Assembly: GCA_001794935.1 (NCBI GenBank) | Contig: MGLY01000019.1 | Coordinates: 7,030 to 36,974 of the forward strand | Length of the DNA stretch: 29,945 bases | Reading direction: 5' to 3' | From: Chlamydiae bacterium RIFCSPHIGHO2_12_FULL_49_9 | GTDB taxonomy: Bacteria > Chlamydiota > Chlamydiia > Chlamydiales > SM23-39 | In this document: positions 25,028 to 29,945 of the stretch, in pieces | Position numbering within the stretch: position 1 is the first letter of the stretch | How the letters are laid out: each line of letters opens with the position of its first letter | Notes under the pieces: model-generated | The model's database searches: none | What the model saw: the letters and a program-made list of their open reading frames with translations, nothing else | Told to the model about the DNA's origin: nothing | Translations under genes and position numbers: made by a program

Positions 25028-26466
25028 AGATAAAGCAGCTTTTCAAGGGATTTGAAGTTGAGATTCGGGGGAGCAAAGAAGTTGAGATTACGGGGATCTC
25101 CACCGACTCGAGAACAACTTCGCCAGGTCATCTTTTTATCGCAAAAAAAGGGACGCGCTTGGATGGCGCTCAGTTCATCGAAAGGGCAGTGGGCGCCGGC
25201 TCACCCGCAATCTTAACCGATCTCTACGATCCGTTTTTAAAAGTGACCCAAATGATTTCTTCTAATCCGGCGGCTTTGGAAGCAAGGCTCGCCGCCAGAT
25301 TTTATCAAGAGCCCTCCAAAGAGCTCTTCGTCGCGGGGGTGACGGGAACAAAAGGGAAAACGACGACGACCTATCTGATCAAGCACCTCCTCGACGGATT
25401 AAAATTGCCCTGCGGTCTAATTGGAACGGTCGAGACGATCATTGGGGAGAGCCGCATCGATTCGACGCTGACTACCCATCCGGCCGCCTTAAATCAAAAA
25501 CTCCTTCGAGAAATGGTTACAAAGGGGTGCAGGGCGGCAGCGCTCGAGGTCTCATCGCACGGCCTTGTTCAGGGAAGAGTTGAGGAAGTAAAGTTCGATA
25601 TCGCCGTTTTCACCAATCTCCATCCCGATCATCTCGACTATCATAAAACGGTGGAAGAATATGCGGCAGCGAAAAAAAGGCTTTTTTGTCAGGCTCCCAT
25701 CTCTATTTTTAACGCAGACAGCCCCTGGTCAGACTACATGGCCAAAGGGGTGGCGCGCAAGAAGACGTTTGGAATTGAGACTGCCGCCGATCTTCAGGCG
25801 AAAAATATCCGCTTCACAAGAAACTCCACAGAGCTCGATCTCCTCTATCAGGGGCGCAGAGTTCCCGCTCAATTTCTCCTCCTGGGGAGATTCAATGTGT
25901 ACAATTTCTTGGCCGCTGCCCTTGTTGGAGTTGAAAGGGGAGCCAAGTTGGAAGAGATCCTGTCGATCCTCTCTACTTTTAAAGCCGTTCCGGGAAGACT
26001 TGAAGAAGTGAAAAACGGGAGGGGGATCTCCCTTTTCGTCGACTACGCCCACACGGGAGAGTCTTTAGAGAATGTGCTGAAAACGCTGAAAGAGATCGCA
26101 GAAAGACGCCTGATTGTCGTTTTCGGCTGCGGCGGCGGAAGAGACCCGAGGCGAAGAGTCGAGATGGCGCGATCTGCCGAAAAATGGGCCGATCTTTCGA
26201 TTGTTACGTCCGACAATCCGAGAAATGAAGATCCAAATGAGATTGCCCGCCAGATCCTCTCCGGATTTGAAGATCCGGGAAAAGCGTCTTTAGAACTCGA
26301 GAGAAAGAAGGCGATCGCGATGGCCATCAGGTTGGCTCAGCCCCAAGACATCGTGCTGATTGCAGGCAAAGGGCACGAAAAGGTTCAGATCTTTGCTCAC
26401 CAAACTGTTCACTTCGACGACGTCGAGGCGGCAAAAGAGGCGCTTGCAATCTCCGGCCCATTTTGA
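25024..26466 (+). CDS. murE: UDP-MurNAc-Ala-Glu:meso-DAP ligase MurE
   Basis: GVTGTKGKTTT, LEVSSHG, FTNLHPDHLDYH, VDYAHT, SDNPR (DAP-specific), LIAGKGHE. Confidence 0.97.
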   Translation: MKIKQLFKGFEVEIRGSKEVEITGISTDSRTTSPGHLFIAKKGTRLDGAQFIERAVGAGSPAILTDLYDPFLKVTQMISSNPAALEARLAARFYQEPSKELFVAGVTGTKGKTTTTYLIKHLLDGLKLPCGLIGTVETIIGESRIDSTLTTHPAALNQKLLREMVTKGCRAAALEVSSHGLVQGRVEEVKFDIAVFTNLHPDHLDYHKTVEEYAAAKKRLFCQAPISIFNADSPWSDYMAKGVARKKTFGIETAADLQAKNIRFTRNSTELDLLYQGRRVPAQFLLLGRFNVYNFLAAALVGVERGAKLEEILSILSTFKAVPGRLEEVKNGRGISLFVDYAHTGESLENVLKTLKEIAERRLIVVFGCGGGRDPRRRVEMARSAEKWADLSIVTSDNPRNEDPNEIARQILSGFEDPGKASLELERKKAIAMAIRLAQPQDIVLIAGKGHEKVQIFAHQTVHFDDVEAAKEALAISGPF

Positions 26467-26491
26467 GAAACTGGACTCAAAAAGGTTTTTA

Positions 26492-26656
26492 GGAAGCGTG
26501 ACGAAATATCTTAAAAGATTTTGCGGCCATCATGGCAGCCCATCTTTGAGCGATCGTTCGTCGCCCATATTGCGACAATATGGGTCTCCTCTCGATCGCT
26601 CAAATCTGAACCACCCTGAAGCCACCAAATCTTTTAACTTATTTTGTCACACTTCC
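26492..26656. mobile_element. 165-bp palindromic MITE/RPE-like element (family 2, GGAAG ends)
   Basis: Terminal 30-bp inverted repeats with 4 mismatches. Inner stems TTTGAGCGATCG (26545-26556/26593-26604) and CCCATATTG-cga-CAATATGGG. TTA direct repeats at 26489-26491 and 26657-26659. Confidence 0.85.
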
Positions 26657-26659
26657 TTA

Positions 26660-27346
26660 GTGCAATTTCTCCTTTTCTTTTTGGCCCTTCTGATCCCTTT
26701 TGCGTCGCATGCCGCTGCAAAAAAGGATAGAGGAGCGCCCCTCGGCACATTCATCGCCGGCGAGCCAACAGCCCCCATGATTGTGATCGATGCGGGTCAC
26801 GGAGGGACCGACCGGGGAGCGCGCGGCTATGTGCCCTACTGCGAAGAGAAAAAACTCTCTTTGCAAACAGCCCGCCTCGTAAAAAAATATCTCGATCAGC
26901 TCGGCTATCACGTCATCATGACGCGGAGTACCGATTGCTTTATTCCCCTCTCCAAACGGGTTGATGTGGCCAATCAGTCTACCTCCAATATTTTCGTCAG
27001 CGTCCACTTCAACTCATCGAGGAACTCGACAGCCCATGGGGTGGAAGTTTTTTTCCCCGACTCAAAAGAAAAATCGACTCGAAGCTCCTCATCAAAAAAG
27101 CTTGCAGACGCGATTTTGGGAAGAGTGATTCGACGCACTTCCGCCCATTCCCGCGGGGTCAAAAAGGGAAACTTTTATGTGATTCGGGAAACGAGGATGC
27201 CAGCTGTTTTGGTTGAGGCGGGTTTTATCTCCAACCCCGAGGAGCGCTCTCTCTTAAGAACGCGCGAATATCAGGAAAAGATCGCCCGCGGAATTGCCGA
27301 CGGGATCGATCGCTACTTCAAAGATCGCTGGCGCTCTGCGACTTAG
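26660..27346 (+). CDS. amiA: N-acetylmuramoyl-L-alanine amidase AmiA (Amidase_3)
   Basis: IVIDAGHGGTDRGA, EEKKLSL, LSKRV..AN, FVSVHFNS, AVLVEAGFISN; follows murE as in Chlamydia. The start is uncertain because the frame stays open upstream through the palindromic element. Confidence 0.93.
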   Translation: MQFLLFFLALLIPFASHAAAKKDRGAPLGTFIAGEPTAPMIVIDAGHGGTDRGARGYVPYCEEKKLSLQTARLVKKYLDQLGYHVIMTRSTDCFIPLSKRVDVANQSTSNIFVSVHFNSSRNSTAHGVEVFFPDSKEKSTRSSSSKKLADAILGRVIRRTSAHSRGVKKGNFYVIRETRMPAVLVEAGFISNPEERSLLRTREYQEKIARGIADGIDRYFKDRWRSAT

Positions 27347-27504
27347 TACCCTCCCACAAAAATTTTCAGGAATTTGACCATCTTTTCCCGCCCAGCTTTG
27401 CGCTCGAGCTCGACAACTTGATGCAAGTTGCCGTCGCTCTCCGCGCTTTGCTGGACAGAAAAATCTGGGCACAAATTCTTTTGAAAATTTTTGTGGTCAG
27501 GTAC
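27346..27504. mobile_element. 159-bp palindromic MITE/RPE-like element (family 3, TA-flanked GTACC ends)
   Basis: TA|GTACC...GGTAC|TA. Perfect 15-bp inverted repeat CCACAAAAATTTTCA (27354-27368/27482-27496) and central hairpin CAACTTG-atg-CAAGTTG (27414-27430). Confidence 0.8.
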
Positions 27505-29377
27505 TAGCGATTTTTTGTGAGAGAAGTCTTTCGACCAGGGAGAACAATTGGGGGGCGTTTTCCGGACATTTTTCTCTTGCAAGGTGTCCAAATCGCCCCA
27601 AATACTTATCTCGAAAAGCGATGAGATTTTCCCTGCTTAAATAGGATAAATATTCTTGATATCCTGTGAGCTTTTCCTTGGGGACATTCTCAAGAATGCT
27701 CTTCAAGCTAAACCAAAAAACGAGCTCTAAAAATCCGGTGAATTTAGATTTATTTTCAGAGGAATTAAACGGTATAAATGCGGCATCGAAAAAGCGGATC
27801 CGCTCTTCGGGGAGAATCGAAGAGATAGCAATTAAAGCTCTTTCAAAAAGAACATTTTCCTGGTCCTTGTCTGAATTTTCAAACCACTGAATATAAGTCC
27901 TGTAGCTTTGAGCGTTTTTTTGAAGATCGCAAAATAGGCGCTCAATATCGCTCCCAATTTGAATCTCTTCGCTTCGGCGCTCAAGCTCCATCAGGAAATA
28001 GATTGCGGCATCGATGTGGAATTCTTTGACTTGGCGGTGCGCTTTTTTAAGAATTAAGTTGGAAAGAGGATGTTTTTCAATCGAATCCCAAGCCTTTAAA
28101 ATGGAGAAATTTCTTCCCCAGGAGTCGATGATTTTTTGGAAGAGTTCCTTCTCTCTTTTATCCGTGAGCGAAAGGATTTTTGACTCCACGGTTGCGATGA
28201 TTGTCTTGGCTTTAAGAGTTTTGTTAAAAAGGAGCCTAATCATCAAAAAAGGTGTGTTGAACAAATAGGAAACTTCTGTGTAGATCCTTCGAAAAAAAAG
28301 GTGATCTTTGAGAGAAAAGGGAGCGCTCAATTGTGCGAGGAGAAATTTAATCTCACTCTCTAAGCTGAGATCTTTATAATACTCGATGGTCTGTCTAGAA
28401 ATAGGCTGAAAGCGGTGTTTGGAAGGGTGGCATGCCCCATAGTCTACATAAAGGGAGTTGCCTTTTGAAATCGGAACAATAGGAAAGATGACAAAATGGG
28501 GGAAACCTCCCACCTCCACCCTCTCGACAACGCAATTTGGCATTCCGTCGGGGATCAAAGAAAATAAATTGCATGCGGTCCTACAATTGAGTTCTCCGAT
28601 CTGGTAAGAGGGATATTCGGGCACATCTCCAATTCTTCCTCCCCAAACTCCAATAACGCCTGTCTCAATATCGATCTCTTTTCCAGCAACGATCCTGTGA
28701 CGCCCATTTTGCCGAGGGATAACGCTGATCGGAAAAGGAGGGAGCGCTCTTTGCACATCTAAAGATGCAGTCAGGTAGGCGTCAAAACTCTCTGGGGCGG
28801 GCGCGCCTTGGCATGCGAGATGTCTTTGAGCCCAATACTGGATTAGACTCTCTCTCGTGGCGCTGGTTCCCACACAAAAAGAGGCTCCTCCAAAAAGTTT
28901 CTGGAATCTCGCAGCAGTCAACGGAGATTTTTCTTGGGTGAAGGGATCGATCACTTCTGCCCCGGGAATTTTCCCCGCCCATTTTTCATTTCCAAGAACT
29001 CTTGTCAGTTCGGAGAGGGAAGGGAGGAACAACCGGCGCATTTTGGCAGCAGCCAGAAGCATTTTGCTCATCTCTTTGTCTTCAGTGATCTCCGCATAGT
29101 GGAGGGGGGTCCAGCCGATCCGATCTTCCGGAAAGGGATTTGCCTTTTTCTCCAAAAGTTCTTCGACGAGTTTTCGGTTTTGGGAGAGAACTGCAAGCGC
29201 AAATGGGGTGAGCTTATAGATCTGATGTGGGTCGTCAGGCCCTCCCCGTTTATCGATCTGAGCCAAGATCGTCTCATTCGGTTGACCCAGGGCGACCATA
29301 AAATGGGGGATCAGTTTCCGATCTACGGGGGGATAAAGCTCGCGAGGGAAAAGTCGTGTAAGGGGAAATGCCGTCAT
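27497..29377 (-). CDS. Ankyrin-repeat protein with degenerate SET-like domain (candidate effector)
   Basis: Ankyrin repeats LTPFALAV..LLEKKAN and GWTPLHYA (about aa 55-112). SET-like IVAGKEI..GVIGVWGGRI..CNLFSLIPDGMPN..FVIFPIVPISKGNSLYVDYG (about aa 215-320). Helical C-terminal half. Confidence 0.7.
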   Translation of the reverse strand: MTAFPLTRLFPRELYPPVDRKLIPHFMVALGQPNETILAQIDKRGGPDDPHQIYKLTPFALAVLSQNRKLVEELLEKKANPFPEDRIGWTPLHYAEITEDKEMSKMLLAAAKMRRLFLPSLSELTRVLGNEKWAGKIPGAEVIDPFTQEKSPLTAARFQKLFGGASFCVGTSATRESLIQYWAQRHLACQGAPAPESFDAYLTASLDVQRALPPFPISVIPRQNGRHRIVAGKEIDIETGVIGVWGGRIGDVPEYPSYQIGELNCRTACNLFSLIPDGMPNCVVERVEVGGFPHFVIFPIVPISKGNSLYVDYGACHPSKHRFQPISRQTIEYYKDLSLESEIKFLLAQLSAPFSLKDHLFFRRIYTEVSYLFNTPFLMIRLLFNKTLKAKTIIATVESKILSLTDKREKELFQKIIDSWGRNFSILKAWDSIEKHPLSNLILKKAHRQVKEFHIDAAIYFLMELERRSEEIQIGSDIERLFCDLQKNAQSYRTYIQWFENSDKDQENVLFERALIAISSILPEERIRFFDAAFIPFNSSENKSKFTGFLELVFWFSLKSILENVPKEKLTGYQEYLSYLSRENLIAFRDKYLGRFGHLAREKCPENAPQLFSLVERLLSQKIAST

Positions 29378-29393
29378 TATTTGCCTAAAATGT

Positions 29394-29466
29394 CGTCCTC
29401 GGCGAGGATCGAACCCGCGACCTGCCGCTTAGGAGGCGACCGCTCTATCCACTGAGCTACGAGGAC
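29394..29466 (-). tRNA. trnR: tRNA-Arg (anticodon CCT)
   Basis: GTCCTCG acceptor stem, TAGCTCAGTGGATAGAGC D-arm, GTCGC-CTCCTAA-GCGGC anticodon arm, GGTTCGATCC T-arm. 73 nt; CCA not encoded. Confidence 0.96.
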
Positions 29467-29572
29467 ATGAACGAGACAGTTTATGCTGACAGGGGAGTTC
29501 CCCTCAATAGAAAACTCAGATTGCATTTCAGATCTCAAATGAAGTAATCTATTCTCTTTTTGGGAGAGGAAC

Positions 29573-29945
29573 ATGCAAGCAGATATTGGACTGATTGGAC
29601 TTGCCGTGATGGGTCAAAATTTAGTTTTGAACATGGCGGACCATGGCTTCCAGGTTGCCGTTTTCAACCGAACCGCTTCAAAGACCGACGAGTTCATGGC
29701 AGGCCCTGCCAAGGGGAAAAAGATTCTCCCCGCCAAAGATCTCAAAGCTTTTGTCTCCTCTTTAAAACGCCCCCGTAAAATGATGCTCATGGTGAAGGCG
29801 GGAGCCCCCGTCGATGAGCTGATCAATGAGCTTCTTCCCTTCCTCGAAAAGGGGGATATTCTGATCGACGGCGGCAATAGCCATTTCCCCGACAGTCAAA
29901 GGCGCTACGAGGCTTTAAAAGCTAAAGGGATCCTCTTTGTGGGAA
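29573..29945 (+). CDS. gnd: 6-phosphogluconate dehydrogenase, 5' part (runs off window)
   Basis: MQADIGLIGLAVMGQNLVLNMADHGFQVAVFNRT..RPRKMMLMVKAGAPVD..LEKGDILIDGGNSHFPDSQRR; GAGAGGA RBS. Confidence 0.96.
   Translation, partial: MQADIGLIGLAVMGQNLVLNMADHGFQVAVFNRTASKTDEFMAGPAKGKKILPAKDLKAFVSSLKRPRKMMLMVKAGAPVDELINELLPFLEKGDILIDGGNSHFPDSQRRYEALKAKGILFVG

Noticed and set aside
26360-26491. ORF-track start of amiA at 26360
   Set aside because: This TTG start would overlap murE by more than 100 bp. The length of the open frame is partly explained by the in-frame palindromic element.
27343-27591. 82-aa ORF on the minus strand
   Set aside because: It is an alternative frame of the ankyrin gene 3' end running through the family-3 palindrome. 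It has no RBS or recognisable domain and is explained by the repeat.
27347-29400. Integrative element with att repeats at tRNA-Arg
   Set aside because: No duplicated tRNA 3' end and no integrase were found in the window.
28934-29455. 173-aa plus-strand ORF
   Set aside because: It overlaps the ankyrin gene antisense and runs through the tRNA, so it is not a plausible gene.
1-29945. CRISPR array, rRNA, transposase or phage genes
   Set aside because: No regularly spaced direct repeats, rRNA-like sequence, DDE/integrase motifs or phage hallmark genes were seen.

Overview
This window comes from a Chlamydiota genome, probably an environmental chlamydia. The evidence is the Chlamydia-type gene order nqrD-nqrC-nqrB ... 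dnaA2, TPR chaperone (CT274-like), DUF5399 (CT273-like), then mraZ-rsmH-ftsL-pbp3-murE-amiA, plus tRNA-Arg(CCT) and the start of gnd. An island of about 10.7 kb (7102-17764) lies between a 1398-aa AsmA-like/ComF-like pair and dnaA2. It holds 7 glycosyltransferase-like genes (GT10, GT25, GT11-like, GT47/exostosin-like, DUF1647-like, DUF6492-like, one orphan GT-A-like), 4 SAM methyltransferases and an SLP-2-type SPFH protein. Ten of the 11 enzymes start with a Sec-type signal peptide, which suggests an exported glycosylation/methylation kit. The window also holds three different palindromic MITE/RPE-like elements of about 160-170 bp. One is open in frame at the amiA 5' end and one supplies the stop codons of two genes. 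A 28-bp derivative of the third sits in frame inside a signal peptide. Other features are an internally deleted methyltransferase paralog that keeps its promoter, RBS and a 24-codon ORF, a DnaA/MraZ-box-rich divergent intergenic region, and an ankyrin + degenerate SET-domain effector candidate behind the tRNA. Family assignments are by motif recognition only; no database searches were run.
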